Origin: Candidatus Sumerlaeaceae bacterium
GTDB taxonomy: Bacteria; Sumerlaeota; Sumerlaeia; Sumerlaeales; Sumerlaeaceae
Length of the DNA: 64,000 bases
Reading direction: 5' to 3'
Assembly (NCBI GenBank): GCA_049968255.1
Contig: JBMFRB010000001.1
Coordinates: forward strand, 160,001-224,000
Shown: in pieces, positions 36,452 through 46,038 of the stretch
Layout of the letters: each line of letters opens with the position of its first letter
Position numbering within the stretch: the first letter of the stretch is position 1
Notes under the pieces: generated by a model
The model's database searches: none
Seen by the model: only the letters and a program-made list of their open reading frames with translations
What the model was told of the DNA's origin: nothing
Position numbers and translations under genes: made by a program

Positions 36452-38485
36452 ATGCCAGAACTTAAACCACTTCCATTTGCCACGCTGTTGCGCCGACTTG
36501 TTTACGAGTATGAGCGCGAGAAGAAAATTTTCGATTTGCCCGCCACAAAGTTTTGGCGCGGTGCGGAAGGCGTTTCTTTCGGTGTGCGCTCTCACGGCAA
36601 ACCTGCGGGGACACCTTTTGGTCCTGCGGCAGGTCCGCACACGCAGATGGCACAGAATATCGTGCTTAGCTGGCTAGCCGGGGCGCGAATCATTGAGCTG
36701 AAGACAATTCAGATCAACGATCGCCTCACGATTCCGCGGCCGTGCATTGATGCCACAAACGTGGGCTACAACGTGGAGTTCAGCCAGGAACTGCGGCTCG
36801 AAGAATCGCTCGAAGAATATGTGAAAGCCTGGATGCTCATTCAGATTGCCGAGCGGTTGGGTGTGCTCAACGTCACGCCTCGCCAGGAGCCCACACAACC
36901 TGAGGGGATGCCTCATTTCTACGACTGCATCTTTGATCTTTCCTGCGGCTACAATCTCGAAGGAATCGCAAGTGACCGTGTGACGTGGTTTATCCGCTCA
37001 ATGATCGATGCATCCGCAGAGATCGAGAGGCTGCGCCGCCAGATTCCTACGGAATTTCGGGCTTTGCTTGACGTTGAATTCGATCCGCACATTGTCTCGA
37101 CGGCGACGCTCTCGACGTTTCACGGTTGTCCGCCACACGAGATCGAGGGAATCGTTGAGCATCTCTTGCGCGTGCATGGATTGCATGTCGTCATCAAAAT
37201 GAACCCCACCATGCTGGGGCGTGAGCGCGTGGAGGAGCTACTCCACCGTGTGCTAGGTTTCGAAGACATTCAGCCAAATCCGGAAGCGTTTGAGTCCGGC
37301 CTTCAATTCGACGAGGCCATCGGGTTAGTGCGGCGGCTGCGCAAGCTCGCCTACGAACGGGGACTCGACGTGGGCGTGAAATTCACAAACACATTGGAAG
37401 TGGTCAACCACCGTGATTTCTTCCCGCCATCAGAAAAGATCATGTATCTGAGTGGAGCGCCACTGTATCCCATGGCAGTGGAATTAGCACACAAATTCCG
37501 CGAAGCTTATGTCGCCACAGCTACGGAGCCGTGGGAAGCTGAGTTACCGATTTCGTTTTCGGCGGGTGTCGACAAGCATAATTTTGCCGATTGTGTGGCC
37601 GCAGGCATGGTGCCTGTGACTGTATGCACCGACTTGCTCAAGCCTGGCGGTTATGGTCGGGCGATCGATTACCTGCAAGCTTTGGCCAATGAAATGAAAT
37701 CCCTTGGTTGCGAGAGCATCGAGGATTTTATCCTCCGCGCGAGTGGAACGACATTCGACCGACGGACAGCCTCGTCAGCAAATCTAAGGCGTGCGTGGGA
37801 AAAGGCACTTCAGGATCCCCACTATACGAAGGCCAAGAATTCCCTTGTGCCCAAGCGCTTGGGGAGCCGTTTGTGGTTGTTCGATTGCGTGACCTGCGAC
37901 AAATGCATCCCCGTTTGCCCCAACAATGCAAATTTTACCTATCCTGCCGACACAGTGCCCGTGATCTATCGAGACTATATCATCGAGGACGGCAAGTTGG
38001 TTCCGTCAGAAGAAAAGCATTTTGCGCTGAAGAGAGCACGGCAAATTGCGAACTTCGGCCAATTTTGCAATGAATGCGGCAATTGCGACACGTTTTGTCC
38101 GGAATATGGTGGACCTTATATTGAGAAACCAACCTTCTTTTCAACGCGCGAGGAGTGGGAGCATTTTCACAAATGGGATGGCTTCGTCATCGAACATGAG
38201 CCCGATCTCGATCGCATTTTAGGTCGGATTTCAGGCCATATCCATTCCCTCACTCAGAGGCAAGGCGCTCAGGCGCAGGCAGATGAAGACCTTTTCGAAA
38301 GTCCCACGGGTCTGTTTGCCATTCATCGAGAAACCCTGGTCGTGCGGCCTATCGAGCTACGTTCGAATAAGGGAGAAATCAAGGTCGGCACCTACCTTAT
38401 GTTGAGAACCATGCTAGCCGGTATCCTGCGAGGTGGGAGAATTAATTACGTCAATGCCGCGTATAGTGACTTGTTATCTCAATGA
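36452..38485 (+). CDS. YgfK-like Fe-S oxidoreductase lacking the central GltD-like module
   Basis: GPAAGPHTQMAQNI...ELKTIQ...PCID, STFHGCPPHEIE, TVCTDLLKPGGY; ferredoxin motifs CVTCDKCIPVCP and CNECGNCDTFCP. Confidence 0.8.
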   Translation: MPELKPLPFATLLRRLVYEYEREKKIFDLPATKFWRGAEGVSFGVRSHGKPAGTPFGPAAGPHTQMAQNIVLSWLAGARIIELKTIQINDRLTIPRPCIDATNVGYNVEFSQELRLEESLEEYVKAWMLIQIAERLGVLNVTPRQEPTQPEGMPHFYDCIFDLSCGYNLEGIASDRVTWFIRSMIDASAEIERLRRQIPTEFRALLDVEFDPHIVSTATLSTFHGCPPHEIEGIVEHLLRVHGLHVVIKMNPTMLGRERVEELLHRVLGFEDIQPNPEAFESGLQFDEAIGLVRRLRKLAYERGLDVGVKFTNTLEVVNHRDFFPPSEKIMYLSGAPLYPMAVELAHKFREAYVATATEPWEAELPISFSAGVDKHNFADCVAAGMVPVTVCTDLLKPGGYGRAIDYLQALANEMKSLGCESIEDFILRASGTTFDRRTASSANLRRAWEKALQDPHYTKAKNSLVPKRLGSRLWLFDCVTCDKCIPVCPNNANFTYPADTVPVIYRDYIIEDGKLVPSEEKHFALKRARQIANFGQFCNECGNCDTFCPEYGGPYIEKPTFFSTREEWEHFHKWDGFVIEHEPDLDRILGRISGHIHSLTQRQGAQAQADEDLFESPTGLFAIHRETLVVRPIELRSNKGEIKVGTYLMLRTMLAGILRGGRINYVNAAYSDLLSQ

Positions 38486-38511
38486 TAGCAGCAAGCTTTG
38501 TGAGGTGACGA

Positions 38512-40791
38512 ATGGGGGAATTTGTGCGCGAAGTGGGCAGTTTTTTTTCTGAAGACGGCCCACTGGCTCGCTATGCTGCCCGTACGGGCAGGCCTTTTGC
38601 CTTGCGCGACGAGCAGGTTTCGATGGCCAAGTTCGTCGCACGAACTTTGCTCAACGGGCAGATCGGAATCGTTGAAGCTGGAACAGGTGTGGGCAAGTCA
38701 TTTGCCTATCTTGTGCCGGCATTGTTGCTTGCAGTGCAGCGGAAAAAGCGTGTTGTCGTTGCCACCAATAAGATCAATCTTCAAGAGCAACTGATCAAAA
38801 AAGACTTGCCGATGCTCAAGGAAGCGCTTGGCCTGGAGCTCTCGTGTGTGCTTCTCAAGGGGCGTAACAACTATCTGAGCCGGCGCCGTTTGAAAAATGC
38901 TCTCTCTGCCATAGAACCTGGCCTTTTCTACGAAATGGACCGGGCGGCTCTCAGTGTTATAGCAGACTGGGTGAGAGACTCGAAAACAGGCGACAAAGCA
39001 GAACTCGGGCAAAGACTTGAGGAAAAGCGTCTGTCAGGTGCTGTGAAGAGCGAGATCTTAGACCGAGTTCTCCGCGTGTGGCCGGAGGTGCAGAGCGATA
39101 ATTATGACTGCCGGGGAGAAAGATGTCCGCATTTCCGCGAGTGTTTTTTCCACCGCACAAGAGCTAAGGCGGAAAACGCTGACCTCATTGTGACCAACCA
39201 GCATGTTCTGGTCTTTGACTATTTCGTGGCGCAGAGCACGAAAGGGAAACTGAGAATTCTGCCACCGTTCGATTTTCTTATCATCGATGAAGCGCACTCC
39301 CTTGTCGAAACAGTAACCACTGCTTTGGAGGGTACGGTTGATTCGGACTCGGTGTCAAGAATCGTGCGACGCCTTCTGACTTGGCAAGGAGGTGGCGCTA
39401 GTTCATCGGGAGAACACGGATCTCTTCTTCAAAAACTTTCGAGCAGCCTCGAGGCGGGCGCCGCCCGAGCAATTCTGCAAGATCGTTTACCGGATCTGTT
39501 GAGTGAGCTCGAAAGAGAATGGAAGAACTGCTTCGCCAGTCTCGAACAACTTGCTACTTGCTGGCGCAACGAGAATACGAACCACGCCAAGAGGCGACGT
39601 GGCTCTTGCCAACTCCCCTACTCGCCTGACGACATGCAGAATGGCGAAACATGGTCGTGGAAAACGAACCCTCACTTTCAACGGCACTGTCGCATCTTTG
39701 AAATCCAGAGCGCTCTCGAAAATTTGCTAAAACAACTTTCCGGAGCAGAGGTGGAGGAAAGCCTTGGGCAACAAGCGCAAGATCTTTATCAGCGTGTTTT
39801 GGCGCTGCTGAACAGGCTTTGCGAGTCGCTCGAAACTCTGCGTCGGTTCGCAGACCTGCAGGACCGGAAATGGTGTCGCTGGTTTCAGTTCGACCCTGCA
39901 GGCATAAATAAGTATGAACAGCTGAAACTCTGTGTGGCTTTGATCGATGTCGCGACGCAAGTTGCAGACATGCTCAAATCTGTCGGTGAAATGCAAGGGA
40001 GTGTGGTGCTCACCTCGGCGACACTCTCGGTGAACAAAAACTTTGATTATGTGCTGCGCGACTGGGGACTGTCCCAGGCACACAAGCAAGGTTACGTAAC
40101 AACACTCATCGAAGAGTCTCCCTTCGATTATCAGAAGCAGTGCCTGCTTGCTGTCCCCACTGACTTGCCTGAAGAACGCATCAATGAAGACTTCATGGTA
40201 AAAGCGTGCAATCTGATTCTGGAAACGCTGAGCATAACGAAAGGACACGCCTTCCTTCTTTTCACTTCGTGGGAGGAACTGCGTGTTTTTTGGAAGCATC
40301 TCGAGCAAGAACTGAGGCAGCGCGGTTTTACGCCATTGGTTCAAGAACAGGAAGGCAATCGCACTGCCATCACCGACTTATTTAGGATAGCGCAGGCACC
40401 CGTCCTTTTTGGCGTGGCCTCATTCTGGGAGGGCGTGGACATCGCCGGCGATCAATTGAGGTGTGTGATCATTGTGAAACTCCCATTTCCCATCCCCGAT
40501 GATCCTCTTACGCTAGCTCGAGCAAAGCGTTGGGGGTTTGAGGACTCTCATGTTTTCCATTGGGTGCTAAAACCACGCATGATCACAACGCTGCGTCAAG
40601 GTTTCGGTAGACTCATTCGCGCGGAAACCGACTACGGCGTCGTCATGATCCTCGACTCCCGACTCTGTACGAAATCGTATGGCAGGGAAGTTCTCGCGAG
40701 CTTGCCGCCAGCGCGATTGGTAAAGGCGCGAGCCCTTGAAATCATCCCAGAGATACGACATTTCTTCGCAAAGAGAAATATGAGCGGGTAG
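38512..40791 (+). CDS. dinG: DinG/YoaA family helicase
   Basis: EAGTGVGKSFAYL, IIDEAH, LTSATL, FWEGVD, KLPF, QGFGRLIR. Confidence 0.92.
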   Translation: MGEFVREVGSFFSEDGPLARYAARTGRPFALRDEQVSMAKFVARTLLNGQIGIVEAGTGVGKSFAYLVPALLLAVQRKKRVVVATNKINLQEQLIKKDLPMLKEALGLELSCVLLKGRNNYLSRRRLKNALSAIEPGLFYEMDRAALSVIADWVRDSKTGDKAELGQRLEEKRLSGAVKSEILDRVLRVWPEVQSDNYDCRGERCPHFRECFFHRTRAKAENADLIVTNQHVLVFDYFVAQSTKGKLRILPPFDFLIIDEAHSLVETVTTALEGTVDSDSVSRIVRRLLTWQGGGASSSGEHGSLLQKLSSSLEAGAARAILQDRLPDLLSELEREWKNCFASLEQLATCWRNENTNHAKRRRGSCQLPYSPDDMQNGETWSWKTNPHFQRHCRIFEIQSALENLLKQLSGAEVEESLGQQAQDLYQRVLALLNRLCESLETLRRFADLQDRKWCRWFQFDPAGINKYEQLKLCVALIDVATQVADMLKSVGEMQGSVVLTSATLSVNKNFDYVLRDWGLSQAHKQGYVTTLIEESPFDYQKQCLLAVPTDLPEERINEDFMVKACNLILETLSITKGHAFLLFTSWEELRVFWKHLEQELRQRGFTPLVQEQEGNRTAITDLFRIAQAPVLFGVASFWEGVDIAGDQLRCVIIVKLPFPIPDDPLTLARAKRWGFEDSHVFHWVLKPRMITTLRQGFGRLIRAETDYGVVMILDSRLCTKSYGREVLASLPPARLVKARALEIIPEIRHFFAKRNMSG

Positions 40792-40925
40792 CATCACAGT
40801 CACCGAGGTCCCTACCGCTTTGTGAATAAAACTTCGCGCGACGTCACAATTATCGCGAATCGGAGGAGAGTGCGTTGGGTGTGCCAACCCGAGCGCAAAG
40901 AATCCACTGCCCGACAGGAAGCACG

Positions 40926-43406
40926 GTGACGAAAACTCGGACCAAAACTTCGAAAACCGCGAAAAAATCAAACACTCAGGCGACCGCAAAAAGCCGCGCC
41001 ACAACTCTTGCGTCCGCGGCAAAAAAAAAGATGGCTGGCCGGCATGACGGCAATCGGGCCCTGGTGGTCGTGGAATCGCCTGCCAAGGCAAAGACGCTCA
41101 GCAAATACCTTGGCAAAGACTACCACGTTGAGGCTTCGGTGGGCCACGTCAAGGACCTCCCTGAAAAACGGCTCGGGGTGGATGTGAAACATGACTTCAA
41201 ACCCCAATATGTGGTTTTGCCCGGCAAAGAGAAGGTTTTGCAGCACATCCGCGAGTATGCTTCGCGGGCGCCGCGCATCTTCCTGGCGCCAGATCCTGAT
41301 CGCGAGGGCGAAGCAATTGCGTGGCACATTGCGGAAGATTTACGCGAACACGGAGTGAACGGCGAGATTCTCCGCGCAACGTTCAACGAGATTACCAAGC
41401 GAGCTGTTGAAGAAGGCTTGGCTCACCCCCGCGATCTCGATAAGAACCTTTTCGAGGCGCAGCAGGCGCGCCGCATTCTCGATCGGCTCGTGGGCTACAT
41501 TCTTAGCCCGCTGCTTGGGAAAAAAGTTAGGCGGGGGCTAAGCGCGGGAAGAGTGCAGTCGGTGGCTGTCCGCCTCATCGTCGAAAGAGAACGCGAAATC
41601 CGGAATTTCGAGCCCGAAGAATTTTGGCTAGTCCAGGCCCAGTGCAGCGTTGGCGACGCAGCAACCTTTTCGATGGCGCTGGCTTGCGTTGACGGAGAGA
41701 AAAGCAAACTTAGCTCGGAGGAACAAGCGAGAGAAATCCTGCAGCGGCTTGGCTGCACGGACATTGTCACATCCACGGAAGAGTCAGACTCTGGCGCGCA
41801 AAAAGGGCAAGAGCGGCGTGTGCTATCAGCCAACATTCGCGCCCAATGGCAAGTGAGCAATGTCCAACGCAAACAAATCCGCCGGCGGCCCTCCCCTCCG
41901 TTCATCACAAGCACTTTGCAGCAGGAAGCTGCGCGCAAGCTCGGTATGTCGCCGCGTCAGACCATGCGTGTGGCCCAGCAGCTTTACGAGGGTGTAGAAC
42001 TTGGCGAGTTAGGCGTGACGGGTCTGATCACCTACATGCGCACGGACTCGACACGGATTGCCGCAGAAGCTGTGCAAGCAGCTCGCACCTACATCAAAGA
42101 GACTTTCGGCGCAAACTACTTGCCGGAGTCTCCGAACTTCTTTGAGAAGAAGAAGTCTGCACAGGACGCCCACGAGGCGATACGTCCCACTGATCTCTCG
42201 CTCACGCCCCAGCGAGTAGGCCCGTACTTGGACAAACCACAGCAGCGACTTTACGAATTGATCTGGAACCGCTTCATCGCATCCCAGATGGCGGATGCCA
42301 TTCTCGATCAGGTGCGGATCGAAGCCGAGCCGGCACCTGGCCTCATCTTTTCGAGCGTGGGCACAACGGTGAGATTCCAAGGATTTCTTGCTGCTTACAT
42401 GGAAGGAAAAGACGAGGGCGATAATGGCGACAACGCAGAGGACCGTGTGCCACCTGTGCGCGAGGGTGATTTGCTCGACGTGGTTGGGCTACGCGCCCTG
42501 CAGAAATTCACGCAGCCTCCACCGCGGTTCACCGAGGCATCGCTGGTGAAAGAACTTGAGCGACTGGGAATCGGGCGCCCCTCAACGTACGCGACCATTG
42601 TCTCAACAATTCAGGACCGCAAGTACGTGAAGAAGGCCGAATCAAAGCGGCTTTGTCCCACCGAAATGGGCGAGCTGGTGAGCGATCTCCTCGTCGAGCA
42701 CTTTCCCGACATCATGAATGTGCAATTCACCGCGAAAATGGAGGAGAAGCTCGATGAGATCGAAACGGGAAAGAAAGACTGGCTTGAGCTGCTGCATGAG
42801 TTCTATGCGCGTTTCGCTGAGCAAGTAAAGAAGGCAGAGCAGGAAATGCGCAATGTGAAGCGCGAATACGAGGAAACAGATATCGTGTGCGATAAATGCG
42901 GCCAGGCCAAGATGGTGATAAAGATGGGGCGCAACGGGCGCTTCCTGGCATGCCCACGCTATCCCGATTGCAAGAACACCAAAAATCTCGACGGAGAAAA
43001 ACCTGAAGAAGTCGCACAATTCTGCCCCAACTGCGGCAAGCCTATGGTTATCCGCTCTGGCCGATATGGACGTTTTTTGGCCTGCTCAGGATATCCCGAG
43101 TGCAAAACGGCTATGCCCCTTTCCACGGGGATAAAATGTCCCCAATGTGGAGAGGGCGAACTTGTAGAGGCACAGTCTACGAAAACAAAACGAGTGTATT
43201 GGCGGTGTTCGCATCGAAGCTGCACATATGTTTTGTTCATTAAGCCTGTTGCCCGGCCTTGTCCCAAATGCGGTGCCTCTTTCCTCGTGGAGCGCACGCG
43301 GAAGGATAAGATCTGGTTCGAGTGCATAAAGTGTAAGTATCAGAGTGTCGGTGACTCCGAGACAGAAACTTCAGGTAGCGAATCTTCTGCTAAGGAGAAA
43401 GATTGA
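40926..43406 (+). CDS. topA: DNA topoisomerase I
   Basis: VVESPAKAKT, DPDREGE, SAGRVQS, ITYMRTD, GIGRPSTY, C-terminal Zn ribbons. Start at GTG 40926 (AGGAAG RBS) or ATG 41031. Confidence 0.96.
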   Translation: MTKTRTKTSKTAKKSNTQATAKSRATTLASAAKKKMAGRHDGNRALVVVESPAKAKTLSKYLGKDYHVEASVGHVKDLPEKRLGVDVKHDFKPQYVVLPGKEKVLQHIREYASRAPRIFLAPDPDREGEAIAWHIAEDLREHGVNGEILRATFNEITKRAVEEGLAHPRDLDKNLFEAQQARRILDRLVGYILSPLLGKKVRRGLSAGRVQSVAVRLIVEREREIRNFEPEEFWLVQAQCSVGDAATFSMALACVDGEKSKLSSEEQAREILQRLGCTDIVTSTEESDSGAQKGQERRVLSANIRAQWQVSNVQRKQIRRRPSPPFITSTLQQEAARKLGMSPRQTMRVAQQLYEGVELGELGVTGLITYMRTDSTRIAAEAVQAARTYIKETFGANYLPESPNFFEKKKSAQDAHEAIRPTDLSLTPQRVGPYLDKPQQRLYELIWNRFIASQMADAILDQVRIEAEPAPGLIFSSVGTTVRFQGFLAAYMEGKDEGDNGDNAEDRVPPVREGDLLDVVGLRALQKFTQPPPRFTEASLVKELERLGIGRPSTYATIVSTIQDRKYVKKAESKRLCPTEMGELVSDLLVEHFPDIMNVQFTAKMEEKLDEIETGKKDWLELLHEFYARFAEQVKKAEQEMRNVKREYEETDIVCDKCGQAKMVIKMGRNGRFLACPRYPDCKNTKNLDGEKPEEVAQFCPNCGKPMVIRSGRYGRFLACSGYPECKTAMPLSTGIKCPQCGEGELVEAQSTKTKRVYWRCSHRSCTYVLFIKPVARPCPKCGASFLVERTRKDKIWFECIKCKYQSVGDSETETSGSESSAKEKD

Positions 43407-43530
43407 GGATCCTGCAAAACGTTTGGCGCCGCTTGCCTGCCGGAACATTTTTTTATTGATGTAGCCCCCTTGTTCTAGGAGCTGCATCCGGGAATTCTTG
43501 TGAGAGATTTCGCTAGGAACGTGGAGAACG

Positions 43531-44277
43531 ATGACGAAATGTGATCGCAGCGTGTGGCTGCAAGGTGGAAGCGAGGTTTGCTGCCGCGAGGATGTCCCTC
43601 CGGCGCGTCCTTACCGACTTGTGCTGCTTGGCGCGCCTGGCGTTGGCAAGGGCACTCAGGCCGAACTGCTGAGTGAGCGCCTGCAGGCGTGTCAGCTGTC
43701 GACTGGAGACATCTTCCGTACGGCCAAGGCGGCAGATCCCAGCGCGCTTACGCCGCCTATGCGCGACGCACTTGGTTACATGCAGCGCGGCGAGCTTGTC
43801 CCCGACGACACGGTTATTGCCTTGGTTCGCGAACGCATGGCGTGTCTACGCTGCCCTTACGGCTTCCTCCTCGACGGTTTTCCACGCACGGTGCAACAGG
43901 CAGAAGCATTAGACGAGATGCTCAGCCAGGCGAACCTGCACCTCGACTTCGTGCTCAATTACGTGCTGCCGCTGGAAGAGGTTGTGGACCGCCTAAGCGG
44001 TCGGCGGACATGCCGAGTTTGCAAAACGACCTACCATGTCGTGACGAAGCCGCCACGTCAGCCTGGGATCTGTGACAAGTGCGGCGGCGAGCTTTATCAG
44101 CGTGAAGATGATCGGGCCGAGTCTATTCGCGTGCGCTTGCAGGCGTATCAGGAAAGCACGGCACCGCTTGTGGATTACTACGCCACGCACGGTATCCTGA
44201 GAACAATTTCCGCAGAGGGGACACCCCAAGAAATTTTTGAGCGCACAATGCAATTGCTGAACGAGCGGTCATCCTGA
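43531..44277 (+). CDS. adk: Adenylate kinase with Zn lid and N-terminal extension
   Basis: GAPGVGKGT, STGDIFR, LDGFPRT, CRVC...CDKC lid. Confidence 0.95.
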   Translation: MTKCDRSVWLQGGSEVCCREDVPPARPYRLVLLGAPGVGKGTQAELLSERLQACQLSTGDIFRTAKAADPSALTPPMRDALGYMQRGELVPDDTVIALVRERMACLRCPYGFLLDGFPRTVQQAEALDEMLSQANLHLDFVLNYVLPLEEVVDRLSGRRTCRVCKTTYHVVTKPPRQPGICDKCGGELYQREDDRAESIRVRLQAYQESTAPLVDYYATHGILRTISAEGTPQEIFERTMQLLNERSS

Positions 44278-44283
44278 GACTGC

Positions 44284-45921
44284 TTACGGTGCTGTCACTT
44301 CCTTGAGCGGGCTGATGATGGCGGCCCATCGAATCGCAGAACTACCTTTGCGCAAGTAGACGCTTACACCGCAAAAGTCCGTTTGGAGATACGTGTGCGC
44401 GAGATACTTCGGCGCATCGGCCAGGGAATTGCGCCAGATGGCACACACGACGTCAGGCTGAAGCGTGCCAATCGAGTAAGCATAGTCCCATTTGAGGTGC
44501 CCCGGATAGAATTCCCGATAGGCAGGGAGCCGGAGCATGCCCCGATGAGCCGGCAAACGCGCCACGTGCCAATCGGATTTACCGAGGAGGTCAATCATGT
44601 TGCGTTCGAGGAAATAGGGTGCCGTTCCAGCATAGTCGATAGCGACCCGTGCCTGCGGCGTAGTGATTTTTGCCAACCATCGCGCAAGCTCAACATTGCG
44701 CTGGTTGTCTTCACGATAAGGTGGTGGCGCAAGCAGGAACGCCTGGCGCAAGGATGTTACTCCATAAAAGCAATTTCCCCACACCGCGAAGGCAAAAACT
44801 AAGAGCGCGACGATGCCACTTCGCCAGCGATGGGTGGCGCGCTGATAGGTGCTGGCGATCAGCGCTGTGAGAAGGACAAACGCAAGGGGCATCGCAGGCG
44901 CAATGAATCTGTTCGCGCCAGTCACGCCCTCCCACGCATCACCTCCGACATAAATAGAATAAGCGGTCTGCATCACCACGAAAGCGCCCACAATAAGAAG
45001 CTGGTCGCGGTGATGGCGCCAAAGATCGCGCAATGCCGGGAGCGTCACGCGCCAGAGGATGACAAAGGCCCCAACGAATGGAAGTAACAAAATTCCCCAG
45101 AACTTTGCTGCCTGAAAGGCCCCGCGAGTCGCACGCAAGAGCGGGGGAAACCCAGTCATCTTGAGATAATACGTATTCGGCAACCAGTCTCCATAGTAAA
45201 GCCGGCGAAAAACTGTCCAACCGCCAGCAACGACGAAAAAAAGCAACACGGCCGCAAGAAGAATACGTGCCCTCTGTTTTGGCCAGATTCGCGTGGCCAG
45301 GATTGCCGCTGTGGCGTGCGGAACAACTCCGTCGGGGCGCAACGCCATCGCCACAGACGTAGGAGCGAAACAAACAGCGCGAAAGTTTCGACTTTCTAAT
45401 CCCCGCAAGAGAGATAAGCTCGTGAGCGAAATCAAGGGGGTGAGAGGGGCAACGTCCATCCCCTGAAGAGCCCAGTTATTTAGAGGGAAATAAAAGGCAA
45501 CGAGTGTCGTGCATGCGAGGGCGAAAGGCAACAAGAGCAACCGCCTAGCAATAGCAAAAACTATTATCATGTTAACAAGCAAACATAGTTCTCCAAGCAA
45601 CTGAACGACGAGGCTTGTCTTCGATTGTGGTATCGGCGCGAAATGCACGAGCGCCATGACAAGGCACCACAGCGGATTGGTGTAACCTTCGACTGGCGGC
45701 TCTCCTGGATTCCAAACCCATCCATACCCGAGTGCAAGATTACGCGCATAGCGCATGGACACCATGGCGTCATCCATCAGGCAGAAGTAACGTTCCCCCT
45801 GCACAACAAAGCTCGAACGAAGGATGAACGCCACTGCATAGAACACGTGCGCACAAAGCAGCAAGAAAAGCCACCTCGCGCCAGAGTGAGAGAAAAAGCT
45901 TTTTTTCACCGCGTGATTCAT
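44284..45921 (-). CDS. GT-C fold membrane glycosyltransferase-like protein
   Basis: DDAMVSMRYARNL after TM1, VEGYTNPLW, RPDG, PNTYYLK, many TMs, C-terminal periplasmic AGTAPY...DLLG. Confidence 0.7.
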   Translation of the reverse strand: MNHAVKKSFFSHSGARWLFLLLCAHVFYAVAFILRSSFVVQGERYFCLMDDAMVSMRYARNLALGYGWVWNPGEPPVEGYTNPLWCLVMALVHFAPIPQSKTSLVVQLLGELCLLVNMIIVFAIARRLLLLPFALACTTLVAFYFPLNNWALQGMDVAPLTPLISLTSLSLLRGLESRNFRAVCFAPTSVAMALRPDGVVPHATAAILATRIWPKQRARILLAAVLLFFVVAGGWTVFRRLYYGDWLPNTYYLKMTGFPPLLRATRGAFQAAKFWGILLLPFVGAFVILWRVTLPALRDLWRHHRDQLLIVGAFVVMQTAYSIYVGGDAWEGVTGANRFIAPAMPLAFVLLTALIASTYQRATHRWRSGIVALLVFAFAVWGNCFYGVTSLRQAFLLAPPPYREDNQRNVELARWLAKITTPQARVAIDYAGTAPYFLERNMIDLLGKSDWHVARLPAHRGMLRLPAYREFYPGHLKWDYAYSIGTLQPDVVCAIWRNSLADAPKYLAHTYLQTDFCGVSVYLRKGSSAIRWAAIISPLKEVTAP

Positions 45922-46038
45922 TGCGCATTCTTGCTCAGTGCGCTATCGCAATCTACTTGAGAACAACTTTTGTTGCTATGAGGACTTCATGCTCAAGATC
46001 TTCGTGTAAGTTAACATGCGTTGAAGGAATGTCACGTC

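Noticed and set aside
38483-38488. Possible Sec read-through in the YgfK-like 'selenate reductase'
   Set aside because: TGA is immediately followed by TAG.
38512-40791. DinG as type IV CRISPR CasDinG or defence helicase
   Set aside because: Housekeeping context next to topA; no csf genes or array.
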